Shown piece after piece: positions 7,475 through 16,462 of a DNA stretch of 53,031 nt. The stretch's first letter is position 1; each line of letters begins with the position of its first letter. The notes beneath the pieces were generated by a model. It worked only from the letters and a program-made list of their open reading frames with translations. It did no database searches and was not told the DNA's origin. Made by a program: the position numbers and the translations under genes. The DNA comes from a virus (Duplodnaviria > Caudoviricetes). The stretch covers positions 1 to 53,031 of the IMG/VR virus record IMGVR_UViG_3300035137_000015; one strand, written 5' to 3'.

Positions 7475-8165
7475 CCTTTTTTCCTTTGCATACCCAAGCC
7501 GCAATTCGCGCCATGGGCTCATTGTGAATTTCGATCCATTCCTCAAGAATGGTTTCGTCTCCAAAATACTTCACGGTATTCAGAAAGCACGTAAACTCCT
7601 CTGGTGAAAGCAGCGCCTTCTTTCCAATCGCAGCGCTGGCCAACGTTGCTGCTTTCAAGAAATGTTCCCAGCGGCCTGCATCTATCTCAATCTGCTCTTC
7701 CTCGAGTTGGACAACAAACCATTCCCTATCGTTATTGACCGGAGCCCTAAAGATGATCTGCTTTTTCCCGCTTTCGGCGAGAACGATTGAAAACGGTGGA
7801 GCCGGGGGACATGACAAAATCTTCCTAGCGTAATCGAGATGTTTTTTACTGAACGCCGTGTTCCCCTGGGTTGATAGAACCCACGAATAGGTCCTAGGAG
7901 CTCCTCCCCTACCGGTCTTTACCTCGCCGTCAACGAGAGTTGTGTCGACGATGGTGTCCATTGATGCCACGCAGCATCCACAAACAAAATCGCTTCCAGG
8001 AAACTTGACTATGTCTCTATTGGTGAATGTCTTCTTTACGTATACGGATTTATTGTATTCGTTTCCGCATTCGAGACCGCAATAGTAACACCTGTTGTTA
8101 CCTGGAATATATTTATCTGGCGCGAATAGATATGGAGCAGTCATAAACGATGGGGTAATCATCAT
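7332..8165 (-). CDS. csf1: Type IV CRISPR-associated Csf1 (Cas8-like large subunit)
   Basis: Zn-finger CYYC...'TFTNRD..KFPGSDFVCGCC', 'PPAPPF..VLAESGKKQIIFRAPVN' motif. Confidence 0.8.
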   Translation of the reverse strand: MMITPSFMTAPYLFAPDKYIPGNNRCYYCGLECGNEYNKSVYVKKTFTNRDIVKFPGSDFVCGCCVASMDTIVDTTLVDGEVKTGRGGAPRTYSWVLSTQGNTAFSKKHLDYARKILSCPPAPPFSIVLAESGKKQIIFRAPVNNDREWFVVQLEEEQIEIDAGRWEHFLKAATLASAAIGKKALLSPEEFTCFLNTVKYFGDETILEEWIEIHNEPMARIAAWVCKGKKDARDEDFVSARVQTEACGSDRLPNKRSKCRDDGGSERKRGQLLFDFA

Positions 8166-8657
8166 TCACCTTCCAATCACGAGCGCACCGATGATAATTC
8201 CAACCCCGACACCAACCAGCGTCGCACCGCCGCCAATCAGTATCGCTCGTAGCTTTGCCTTCCTGGCCTCTCCCCCGGCTCTCTTCTGGTCGCTCTCGCG
8301 GAGTTGGTACACAAACTGCCTGTCGTCCTCTGCGGCCCTTAGCGTCGTGTTACAGCGCTCCAGGGATGTCTCGAGGGATGATAGGTGAAGCTCAATGTTT
8401 TCGACCTCATCATTCAGCTCAAGGTGCAACTCGGAGAGCGTCCGGTATGTCGCATAAATCCTGAGCACGCCCTGGAACCCGCGAAAGTCCGTCTTGACAA
8501 ACTCTTTCCCTCCGATCTCGAGTCGCTCGAAATCCGGGAGCGGCAAATCAAGGTTTATATCGGACCTTCCCTTGTCCGCGTAACTCATCCGCGATTGTAA
8601 GCAGGTCACCAATGCTGCCAGCAGAATCAATCCTGTCAACGGTCTCGGCGTTTGCAT
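8166..8657 (-). CDS. Coiled-coil membrane-associated protein (possibly spanin-like)
   Basis: N-terminal signal-like segment, coiled coil, C-terminal hydrophobic helix; in lysis-gene neighbourhood. Confidence 0.4.
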   Translation of the reverse strand: MQTPRPLTGLILLAALVTCLQSRMSYADKGRSDINLDLPLPDFERLEIGGKEFVKTDFRGFQGVLRIYATYRTLSELHLELNDEVENIELHLSSLETSLERCNTTLRAAEDDRQFVYQLRESDQKRAGGEARKAKLRAILIGGGATLVGVGVGIIIGALVIGR

Positions 8658-8928
8658 CGTATTTCTCCTTCACGTGCTCTTTTATTTCGTCTCGGATCTT
8701 CTTCATCCTGTCCCGGTCGGCTTCGGCCGCTGCCTCGGTCTCGAAGTGCGACTCAACGCGGTCGTCAACCGACGCCTTGTGATGGGTCACGATCTCTTCC
8801 GGGGTCACGCGTACCGAGCAGCGCCACATGAATAGTAGGGCGATGCCGAGCACCACGGGGATGGCGAGAAGTACCTTCCAATACCATTTCAGGTTGACGA
8901 ATCCATCCCATAGGGTTTTGGGTGTCAT
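8548..8928 (-). CDS. Membrane-anchored protein (possibly spanin-like)
   Basis: One N-terminal TM helix followed by charged helical region; overlaps next gene. Confidence 0.4.
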   Translation of the reverse strand: MTPKTLWDGFVNLKWYWKVLLAIPVVLGIALLFMWRCSVRVTPEEIVTHHKASVDDRVESHFETEAAAEADRDRMKKIRDEIKEHVKEKYDANAETVDRIDSAGSIGDLLTIADELRGQGKVRYKP

Positions 8929-9221
8929 GGCGTCTCCTTTCTGTTCTGGCTGGTCTCGCGCCGCTTTTCGAGATGGCCCTCAATGTCGTTCGAAAGCGCT
9001 CCCTTCACGGTCCCAAGAAACCGGTCCACCGTCGCCTGGTTTGTGAGGTACGACACCGTCACGGTTGTGAGCCCAAGGGCGATGATGCCCATTACAACCC
9101 CGGTCATCGTGTTGAACGCTGCGCCCTGGACGATGGCCAGCACCAGACACCCTCCAAGAACCGCGATCGACGCAAAGAATGCGGCGAACTTTTTCGAGTT
9201 AAAAATATTTTTGTCTTTCAT
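8925..9221 (-). CDS. Putative holin
   Basis: 98 aa, 'SKKF' N-terminus, two TM helices, charged C-terminus, near amidase. Confidence 0.55.
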   Translation of the reverse strand: MKDKNIFNSKKFAAFFASIAVLGGCLVLAIVQGAAFNTMTGVVMGIIALGLTTVTVSYLTNQATVDRFLGTVKGALSNDIEGHLEKRRETSQNRKETP

Positions 9222-9427
9222 TTCTCGACCCCCTTGAGTGTCTCCTTCCAGTTGGAGACGAAGAGGGGCACGCCGTAACCGTGTTTGAAGCTCCATCGGC
9301 TTTCAAGCGGCGTAACGTCTGCCCTCTCGGAGAACCCCCATGGTGTCCCCCATTGGTCAACGGCGAAGCGGTCGCAATCCACCGGCACCTCTACCTCGAT
9401 TTCGATCTTTACTCGTCTCGTTTTCAT
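9218..9427 (-). CDS. Hypothetical phage protein
   Basis: MKTRRVK... with 'FAVDQWG..WGF' motif; overlapping start/stop with neighbours. Confidence 0.45.
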   Translation of the reverse strand: MKTRRVKIEIEVEVPVDCDRFAVDQWGTPWGFSERADVTPLESRWSFKHGYGVPLFVSNWKETLKGVEK

Positions 9428-9663
9428 GGCGTCACGCCCTCCAGTTCGCACAAGCTTTTTTCCAAATCCTCGCAATACGGAGGAATGTCGACCTCGCAAG
9501 AATCCGCGCAATTCATCCATTGTCCTCGAAATTTTATTGGCTTGAAAACGCCAAAAACACGAACCGATTTATCCCAGTCAATCGCAATCCATTCAGCCCA
9601 GTTCGGGCACCAGACGGTATGGTCAACGCCATCGCACCTGAATTTCTTCATTACGATTCTCAT
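9424..9663 (-). CDS. Hypothetical phage protein
   Basis: 'WIAIDWD..V.VF..KP' motif, loosely similar to the adjacent ORF. Confidence 0.45.
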   Translation of the reverse strand: MRIVMKKFRCDGVDHTVWCPNWAEWIAIDWDKSVRVFGVFKPIKFRGQWMNCADSCEVDIPPYCEDLEKSLCELEGVTP

Positions 9664-10271
9664 GGCGTCACCGTGTCCATTTCATATCGAAGCATCGCCG
9701 CGACATGCGAAGCGGCGATCGCTTGTCGCCCTGCTGGCCGGGATAGAAGTTCGCAGTCGCTTTTCGATGTCATGAATCCGTTTTCGGTGAGCACGGCAGG
9801 CATCTTAGTGCGCTTCAAGACGTAAAAACCCGCCACCTTTATGCCCCTGTTTCGGAGAACTATTTGGGGGAGTTCTTCAGACAGAATTAACGCCAGGTTC
9901 TGTTCTGGAATGGATGCTCCAGGTTTTATGAACACCGCAAAACCTTCTGCGTTGCTCCACCCTCCTTTCCCGGACGCGTTCGCGTGAACAGAGATGAACG
10001 CGCAACGGTGCGTCTCGTTGAGCTTGTTTGCTCGCCGTACGCGCTCCCGCAATGGAATCGATTCTTTTTGGACCACGATGTCAACGCACTGAATACCTGC
10101 CGCCTCTCCGAGGCTTATGATCCGGTTGACAACATCTCGGTTGAACTCCCACTCATAGATCCCTGGCGGAATCTCCGGACTTCTTTTCCCAGGCGTGTCA
10201 CACCCGTGACCAGGGTCAAGAAGCCAAAGCAGTTTTGACGGGTCTATGTTTGTGATCTTGATGTCAGTCAT
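9660..10271 (-). CDS. N-acetylmuramoyl-L-alanine amidase (Amidase_3 endolysin)
   Basis: 'LDPGHG', 'E', 'FISVHANA', 'FYVLKRTKMPAVLTENGFM' zinc-amidase motifs. Confidence 0.92.
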   Translation of the reverse strand: MTDIKITNIDPSKLLWLLDPGHGCDTPGKRSPEIPPGIYEWEFNRDVVNRIISLGEAAGIQCVDIVVQKESIPLRERVRRANKLNETHRCAFISVHANASGKGGWSNAEGFAVFIKPGASIPEQNLALILSEELPQIVLRNRGIKVAGFYVLKRTKMPAVLTENGFMTSKSDCELLSRPAGRQAIAASHVAAMLRYEMDTVTP

Positions 10272-10477
10272 CTCACTTCTCCTTCGCGAGCAACTCGCGG
10301 AGCTTCGCGCGTGCGTCCGCGCGGGCATCTCGTGATGTGCATTTGCCGAATTCGGAGTTTTTGCAATACGGACTCATCATTTCCGGAACGCAAAAACGGC
10401 AATGTTTGTCGTCCCCCGTAGACCCGCAGAAATACCTCAACACTTTTCCCCTGGCGCTTACCGCGCACATGTTTCGT

Positions 10478-10714
10478 TTAGTCATCGTCCCTCCATTGGC
10501 ACGACAGATCGCGCCTCGTCTCCCAGTCGTCGCAACCGGACATATTGGCACTCACGTACCACTCGTTTTTGATGCACGCCCCGTACCATTGCGGGGGCGG
10601 CTTTTTCGGTAGTCTGATGAGCAGCGGAAGAGAGTCGCGTCGCTCGAAGTCTCTGCCCTTTTTCGATCTGCGGTAGTGGATGCACTTCCCGCAGGGTTTT
10701 TCCGGAGCGCCCAT
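10478..10714 (-). CDS. Small Cys-rich hypothetical protein
   Basis: CGKCIHY...GAC...GCDDW pattern common in phage early genes. Confidence 0.45.
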   Translation of the reverse strand: MGAPEKPCGKCIHYRRSKKGRDFERRDSLPLLIRLPKKPPPQWYGACIKNEWYVSANMSGCDDWETRRDLSCQWRDDD

Positions 10715-11103
10715 CAGTACACCTTCCCTTGGATAAACTCGCCTATCATGTAGGCTTCTATCGCGTTGATCCCTGACTGCGCCGGGTAGTCGGTCCTGGT
10801 CACGAATGTTGCAAATCCTTGTCTTCGGACGTATTCGCCAAACGCGATCTGTTCCGGTGACAACTTGTCCTCCCCGACTTTGACCTCGACGTACAGCCCG
10901 TTGTGCAAACTTCTAAAGTTGGGAACCGGCATAAACAGATCCCACACTCCGGCGAGGACTCCCTCGCGCTTGAGCTTCGCGGCCTCGGTTTTGCTGCGCT
11001 TGCCACCGTTCGGGCACGCGTAGATCCACTCCGCTCCGCCGCCACGGAGACGGCAATACCTGACGATCTCGCATTGGGCCTTGTGGTGTTCATCGGATCT
11101 CAA
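10714..11103 (-). CDS. VRR-NUC family nuclease
   Basis: 'PNGGKR...AKLKREGVLAGVWDL...LYVEVK...LSPEQ' motif; TTG start inferred from overlap. Confidence 0.88.
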   Translation of the reverse strand: MRSDEHHKAQCEIVRYCRLRGGGAEWIYACPNGGKRSKTEAAKLKREGVLAGVWDLFMPVPNFRSLHNGLYVEVKVGEDKLSPEQIAFGEYVRRQGFATFVTRTDYPAQSGINAIEAYMIGEFIQGKVY

Positions 11104-12140
11104 AACAGACTCCCTTGCTCGCTGGCTACACAGTGAGGAGAAAACCAAATCCTCTCCTTGTATTTGTTTTTGTTGCCATCAGAGTTCCGTGAAGCATATC
11201 CTCCTCTTGTTTTCCAAGATACGCATTCCCAGCTTGGCGGCATCTCGTGCTCTCCTTCATAGCCGCAGAGCGCGATCCGCATGTTCTTGTCTTCACCGTG
11301 TTCAATTGCCCACCTCCTCACATCATCGGACACCGAAAGCGACTCTTTTGCGTACAAAGATGAGCATCTTTGAGCGGCTTCGCCGTAGGGAGGGTCCAAA
11401 AATACGGCTGTGGTCCCCCGTATTGTGGTTGGTGTTGGGCCACATACCCGAGACCAGTCTCCGCAACAAACTCTCACGCGTCGCATGCGTTCGGACAGTT
11501 TTTCGAACCACTCATAAATTCCGCCCTTCCTGTGGACGCCTCGCCCGGCATTCCCGAGGTGGACGAGCTTCCTGTGGACGCCTCGCCCGGCATTCCCGAG
11601 GTGGACGAGCTTCCTGTGGACGCCTCGCCCGGCATTCCCGAGGTGGACGAGCTTCCTGTGGACGCCTCGCCCGGCATCCCCGAGGTGGACGAGCTGGCCG
11701 TCTACGACCTGCCACGGACCTTTCCCGCTGCAAAATTCGCTTCCTATCCAACAGCAGATCCCCCAGACCCACCACCCGGCTATTTTTGCGTCGTAGTAAT
11801 CCGGGTCACCCTCGAGGAGTGGAGTCAAACTTTCCCGCTGGTTGATCAACCACGCGTGACGCGCATGGAGATCATTTTCGTTCACAGGCCAATCTGCGTA
11901 ACGAGCCACTTCGCTAGGATCAGACGATACGGATCTCCAAAAGTTGGCAACAAATCCGTCCAGGTCGTTGATCGTTTCTGTCCTGTTAACGCGCGGAGAG
12001 CCGAGCAATACAGCACCAGATCCGAAAAACGGTTCAACGTAATTGTCAACCTGGCCAAATCTTTTCCAGACAAGATCGGCGACCATCGACTTTCCGCCAA
12101 ACCATGGGAACGGGGCCTTTAGCGGTTCATCGGATCTCAT
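11100..12140 (-). CDS. DNA adenine methyltransferase (Dam/D12 class)
   Basis: 'PFPWFGGK', 'YVEPFFGSGAV', 'INDLD', catalytic 'FLDPPY'. Confidence 0.92.
   Translation of the reverse strand: MRSDEPLKAPFPWFGGKSMVADLVWKRFGQVDNYVEPFFGSGAVLLGSPRVNRTETINDLDGFVANFWRSVSSDPSEVARYADWPVNENDLHARHAWLINQRESLTPLLEGDPDYYDAKIAGWWVWGICCWIGSEFCSGKGPWQVVDGQLVHLGDAGRGVHRKLVHLGNAGRGVHRKLVHLGNAGRGVHRKLVHLGNAGRGVHRKGGIYEWFEKLSERMRRVRVCCGDWSRVCGPTPTTIRGTTAVFLDPPYGEAAQRCSSLYAKESLSVSDDVRRWAIEHGEDKNMRIALCGYEGEHEMPPSWECVSWKTRGGYASRNSDGNKNKYKERIWFSPHCVASEQGSLF
11526..11693. repeat. 4 x 42-nt in-frame tandem repeat within methyltransferase
   Basis: CTTCCTGTGGACGCCTCGCCCGGCATTCCCGAGGTGGACGAG x4 (one mismatch) = (LVHLGN/DAGRGVHRK)4. 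Confidence 0.95.
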
Positions 12141-12645
12141 CGATCACCGTCCTGATTGCGCTGCGGACCTCTGGAGTCCAAACGATGTTTTCGTGGTTCG
12201 TGCCTTCGACCAGGGTATTGATCGCTCCGTATCCAGATACATCCACACCCTTCGGTGACGCGTCCCGCTGGTACAGGTTGATCGTCTTATGAGAGACTTT
12301 CTTCGCCTTCACAGCGTGACCAAACAGACCGTGTAGTACGCTGGTAGGGTCAATCGATATGACGCGCTCTACGCGCTCCCAGCGGTCTCCAGCGTTGAGC
12401 ATGCGGAACATCCGTACCGCTCCGAGGGATTTGCCGATGCACACAACACCTGTCCAGTCCACAAAAAAAGTGTCGAACAATCTTCCCATTTCTCGAGTTG
12501 ACGTAATTGGGAAAGTATAAAAATATAAGCCTCCAACTTCTTCCCTGACGACATCCTTCACCGCCCTGGCGACATCCGCCACCGCGTCATATAGCGGAGT
12601 GTCCCCGCTGCTCGAAGCAGCGCCCTCGAAACATATGATCCTCAT
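12127..12645 (-). CDS. Alpha/beta-hydrolase-like protein
   Basis: 'IGKSLGA' nucleophile elbow, 'SIDP', C-terminal 'TNHENI'. Confidence 0.6.
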   Translation of the reverse strand: MRIICFEGAASSSGDTPLYDAVADVARAVKDVVREEVGGLYFYTFPITSTREMGRLFDTFFVDWTGVVCIGKSLGAVRMFRMLNAGDRWERVERVISIDPTSVLHGLFGHAVKAKKVSHKTINLYQRDASPKGVDVSGYGAINTLVEGTNHENIVWTPEVRSAIRTVIDEIR

Positions 12646-12760
12646 TTCCTAATCACCGAAGTCCCTTCAAAAGAATATTTCCGGCCGCCGACTTCAACCG
12701 GCTCTTTTACTGCGTTTTCTGCCAACCCGATTATTGTGTCCAGTCCGTCTTTCAACCAAG

Positions 12761-13108
12761 TCATTTCGATCCTCCTTTGTGCGCCTCAAGGTGCGCTTCA
12801 ATACTCAATTGATCTGCCATTGGAATGCTCCCTATTCCATCCCTGGAGATGGTCACAAATCCAGTCCGTGGTATGTCTCCACCTCGTTTCAGATCGACTT
12901 CGCATTCTATTTGGGCCTGAGCCCTGGAGCCATCTGAAGGTGGCTTGAGCTTGATTTTGAGCGTTACAGTTCTGGTCTTTGTCGGGTGCGTGTTCGGATC
13001 TGCGATGTCCTTTGTTGCCTGCTTCAGTGCGTGATCTACATCCGCCACAACCCCTTGGTTTGCTGTAATTGCAGCGAGGCATATTTCTTCATACGGTAGC
13101 ATCCCCAT
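12761..13108 (-). CDS. Hypothetical phage protein
   Basis: 'DIADPNT..TKTRTVTLKIKLKP' motif familiar from small phage proteins. Confidence 0.55.
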   Translation of the reverse strand: MGMLPYEEICLAAITANQGVVADVDHALKQATKDIADPNTHPTKTRTVTLKIKLKPPSDGSRAQAQIECEVDLKRGGDIPRTGFVTISRDGIGSIPMADQLSIEAHLEAHKGGSK

Positions 13109-13112
13109 TGTC

Positions 13113-13553
13113 TTATTCCTTTCTTTGAGACATTCGTCTCCACGTCCGAAGGCGCTGTTTGATTGTTTTGACTCCACGATTGCATGAGCCTGTGGCGTAC
13201 CTTCGAAGCCCTTCTTCCAGAGAGCCGCAGAATCGCCTTGATTCGTCCATCAACATGGCCATGCAGTAGATGCCGCCTCGATAGGTTGCCGGGTTGTAGC
13301 CGCCATCCTCGCAGCGCTGGCGGGCAACCCCGTGGTATTGTCCGAGCCCTACCTCTCCAAGTTTCCCGGTCCGGTCTGTCCTGATGCTGCTCTCGCGATA
13401 TGCCCAGTACACAAGCAGGGTAGGGGGCACGTCGTATTGCAGCCCAGCCGCCTCGAAATACCCGGACACCTCTGCTCTCAGAACGGGGTCGTGGAGCTCG
13501 TGGCGCGGCGTCGCGGCGATGAGCATCAGGATTAGTTGGGCTACGGCGATCAC
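13113..13553 (-). CDS. Lytic transglycosylase (SLT-like)
   Basis: 'AYRESS', 'GEVGLGQ', 'LRRY' lysozyme-superfamily motifs, N-terminal hydrophobic segment. Confidence 0.7.
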   Translation of the reverse strand: MIAVAQLILMLIAATPRHELHDPVLRAEVSGYFEAAGLQYDVPPTLLVYWAYRESSIRTDRTGKLGEVGLGQYHGVARQRCEDGGYNPATYRGGIYCMAMLMDESRRFCGSLEEGLRRYATGSCNRGVKTIKQRLRTWRRMSQRKE

Positions 13554-13626
13554 CTCAGCACCTCCAATGCGATCTCCCCCGCCGCAGCCAGCAGGAGGAG
13601 GTAGATTGAAACTCCGGTCCGGTTCA

Positions 13627-14145
13627 TCACATCACCTCCAGTATCCATATGAGGTACTTCTCGAGCGCGGCGTACCTGGCGGCGTCGCTGATGGCAACAC
13701 GGGAAGCGTCCCTGGCGGCGTCGCTGATGGCAACACGGGAAGCGGCCCTGGCGGTGTCCCAGACAGCGTCCCAGGCGGCGGACCTGGCGGCGGCCCTGGC
13801 GGGGTTCCAGACAGCGTCCCAGGCGGTGTTCCAGGCGGTGTCCCAGGCGGTGTCCCAGGCGGCCTCATATCCGGTCACCAGATACCACCAGACCACGTCC
13901 GGACAGCCCCAGTATGGCTCCACGTCCAGCGCGATTCGTCGCGCCACTCGGTTTGCTCTCCACGGCGAGTGAGCGTGAAGCATCTCCGACAAAGCCCAAA
14001 TCCGGTCGAGGACCGGGATGTCTAGCCCCGCGATGTCGTCTTGGGTGAGAATCTCGCGCCCTGCCCACAGCTCTCGGACCCGCTCTTCGGGGTAGTCGTC
14101 GCAAGGACCGAAAGACATGATATCTTCTACGGTCGCGGTCAGCAT
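13627..14145 (-). CDS. Ala/Trp-repeat protein, paralog of 20861-21340
   Basis: AWDTAWDTAWNTAWDA repeats; strong N-terminal similarity to 20861-21340. Confidence 0.65.
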   Translation of the reverse strand: MLTATVEDIMSFGPCDDYPEERVRELWAGREILTQDDIAGLDIPVLDRIWALSEMLHAHSPWRANRVARRIALDVEPYWGCPDVVWWYLVTGYEAAWDTAWDTAWNTAWDAVWNPARAAARSAAWDAVWDTARAASRVAISDAARDASRVAISDAARYAALEKYLIWILEVM

Positions 14146-14381
14146 CACTCCACCCCCCTCGCCGGGTCGCACATGCGCTTGCCCCGCGTCCCGTTTGTTT
14201 CGCCGGTTTCCTCTGTTGCCACCTGCGCGGCGATGGATAGTCGCACTCGCTTGATCTCCGCGTCCTTCGATGAGATAAACCTATTGAGTCCGTGCAACTC
14301 CTCGATCATCTTGCTTCGCGCTCGGTCCATATCGTCACGTTGCGCGATGAGCTGTTTCAAAAGTTTGTATAGGTCAGTCAT
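14145..14381 (-). CDS. Hypothetical coiled-coil protein
   Basis: Coupled ORF on coding strand. Confidence 0.45.
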   Translation of the reverse strand: MTDLYKLLKQLIAQRDDMDRARSKMIEELHGLNRFISSKDAEIKRVRLSIAAQVATEETGETNGTRGKRMCDPARGVE

Positions 14382-14799
14382 TGTTTTCTCGCTTCCTGAT
14401 CAACCTGTCGATTTCGGCTGCAATCAGAGCCCCCGCCTTTTCAAGGGTCCGTATTCCTATACCGGGTTCGAAGCTGTCATCATCCCAATCGGAGGGATAA
14501 ATTGCCGTGGCTTCCTCAAACCAGTACAGGTGGTACAATAGATAAGATGCGGCAGCCCTAACCAACTCACCCCTATCGTGCCAGTCGTCTTCCTCCTCTG
14601 TATAATTCTCAACGTGTATTTGTCGCATCCTCTCGGTGTATATTCTTCCGACACCTGTATCACGTGGTGTTGCGTTTCTGGGTAAGGCCTGTGGTCCATC
14701 ATCTTTCTTGAGCGCACCGCAGCAAAGGCACCAGTGGATTGTCCCCATAACTCGGCTCATCGGGATGTTGCACGTTTCGCAAATATATTTATCCATCAC
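14374..14799 (-). CDS. Hypothetical phage protein
   Basis: N-terminal CxxC/CxxC plus 'ERMRQI..ENYT.EEDD.H..GEL..AA..Y...LEKAGALIAAEIDRL' domain common in phages. Confidence 0.65.
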   Translation of the reverse strand: MMDKYICETCNIPMSRVMGTIHWCLCCGALKKDDGPQALPRNATPRDTGVGRIYTERMRQIHVENYTEEEDDWHDRGELVRAAASYLLYHLYWFEEATAIYPSDWDDDSFEPGIGIRTLEKAGALIAAEIDRLIRKRENND

Positions 14800-15095
14800 T
14801 CCTCACTTTCCAATCGCGTAGATCTGAGCGTCTGCGATTATGCTGTTTTTTCGGTACGGGTATTCGATCGAGACGATGTCCTCCCCGATCTTCCCTTGGT
14901 TCCAGCGCGGCCTCATTTCGACACATCCCTCATTTCGCACTCGCTTTCGAACATGACTATATTTCCGCAGTGCGGACAGTCACAATCGTCATTTGATTTG
15001 AACGCCCACATTGCGTAGATAAAGCATCCGTTTAGACAATTATATATCTCAGACCACTCTCCGCATTTTGGGCATTTCGCTTCTGTTGTCATACC

Positions 15096-15419
15096 CTATC
15101 CCTCCAGTATCCGTCTCATGATCTCAGCCTTGGCCTCAGACTTTGCCTGTTCATATTCTATCCAATCCCGTTCCAGGAAAATCAGGTTCCTCGGAAGAAC
15201 CTCTTTGAGAGTTCCGTCATCAGCTTCGACGATTGCAACCGTCTGGTTTCCGACCCCGCCGTCAAATTCTTCGAAGTAACAACCCCAGCAATGAAAAATA
15301 CCCTCTCCGCGTTCTTGTGACCAATGTCCTTTAGTTTCGGCATCGGCGGGGACATATCTATTCAAAACGTATTTAACTCTTCTCATGGCATCTCCTCCCA
15401 CATGCGACCGTCGCACCAC
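15096..15419 (-). CDS. Hypothetical phage protein
   Basis: 'GIFHCWG..FEEF..GVGNQTVAIVE..DG' conserved-looking motif; start probably internal. Confidence 0.55.
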   Translation of the reverse strand: MVRRSHVGGDAMRRVKYVLNRYVPADAETKGHWSQERGEGIFHCWGCYFEEFDGGVGNQTVAIVEADDGTLKEVLPRNLIFLERDWIEYEQAKSEAKAEIMRRILEG

Positions 15420-15420
15420 T

Positions 15421-15672
15421 CTATTCCGGTTTTTTGTCCCATTGTTTCATCCTCCTGTTCATCCCGAGCCTCTCGATGTCGATCCATCTGCGCGGCGGGC
15501 TGTTCCGAGTCTCATCCGACAAACCGCATCCAAACTGGTCCTCGCACGTCCCACATGAGAGATAGTGATAAGCCCCAATCCCTGGTTCACCGCGCATTAA
15601 ATCAGTTGGCACGTGAGAGATGTGCCCGTCTCGGTCTATCTTCAGCGCGGTGATGCGGGGGCGGTTTATCAT
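15421..15672 (-). CDS. Hypothetical protein
   Basis: Coupled ORF with CxxC. Confidence 0.4.
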   Translation of the reverse strand: MINRPRITALKIDRDGHISHVPTDLMRGEPGIGAYHYLSCGTCEDQFGCGLSDETRNSPPRRWIDIERLGMNRRMKQWDKKPE

Positions 15673-15857
15673 TTTAGTTTTTTTCCAAAATCAAGCTGCT
15701 GCGGAAAAGACCCGATTGTAAAAGGATCCGGATCGTCCTCTTCTGGCTGGCATTGGCCGTACATCGCATTGCAGCACACAAGTTGCCTAATTCCATCTAC
15801 CCAAAACCAGGATAATCTTGCTCCACATATGTGACATCTTGCCACTTCTTCGCTCAT
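15669..15857 (-). CDS. Small Cys-rich hypothetical protein
   Basis: CHIC...CC; ATGA overlaps on both sides. Confidence 0.45.
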   Translation of the reverse strand: MSEEVARCHICGARLSWFWVDGIRQLVCCNAMYGQCQPEEDDPDPFTIGSFPQQLDFGKKLK

Positions 15858-16462
15858 CTTACACCTCTCGCCGTTTCTGCAATTCCGATCAAAACATCCC
15901 TGAATTCTAATGGCGTTGCAGCAGCCGTCGCCTTGCCTACCCTTGGACGTTTGTCAAATTTGTTTGTGTGGTTTCCGCACCAGCTGACCAGTGCTGTCGA
16001 CGCCGTATCCGGCGTCGAACCCCATTTCAAAGACGGCAGTTCTGTTCCGTAGGCATAGAGCCACGTTGCTTTTTTCGCCGGGTGTCCATATCTCCCCTGT
16101 TCGACATGGCATGACCAACCACCACACAAGCCGCGCTGCCATCCTCCATGGCGACCCGGAACAGGTAGATCAAATGCGTTCCACGCGTCGGAATAGGCAG
16201 GGTGCTCAAGAACTCCACCAAAGCTCCTGACAGAGATCAGTGCCGATTCAAAGCACCCACCATCATCTCCTCGCTTATGTCCCCATCTCGCCTCTACAAG
16301 GCCAGCCAGACGGCACCATCTAGAACATGGTGGGTGGGCGACAACAGGTAATGGTCCATTGTACAGGCGGGCATCACGTTCTTCGTCCCATGGGTCGACG
16401 TTTGGTAGCCCAAAATAAATCCCGTTTTTGTGGACAAACAGAGCTGCTATTTTAATACTCAC
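15854..16462 (-). CDS. DNA cytosine methyltransferase-like protein
   Basis: 'VVAHPPC' catalytic-type motif, 'GVLEHP', 'YGH..KKATW'; GTG start overlaps upstream stop. Confidence 0.6.
   Translation of the reverse strand: MSIKIAALFVHKNGIYFGLPNVDPWDEERDARLYNGPLPVVAHPPCSRWCRLAGLVEARWGHKRGDDGGCFESALISVRSFGGVLEHPAYSDAWNAFDLPVPGRHGGWQRGLCGGWSCHVEQGRYGHPAKKATWLYAYGTELPSLKWGSTPDTASTALVSWCGNHTNKFDKRPRVGKATAAATPLEFRDVLIGIAETARGVR

Noticed and set aside
11526-11693. 42-nt repeat as the CRISPR array for the type IV locus
   Set aside because: Head-to-tail copies without spacers, in frame within the methyltransferase.
13384-14025. Plus-strand GGVP-repeat ORF and other frames
   Set aside because: Antisense shadow of the AWD-repeat gene, whose frame is supported by its paralog.
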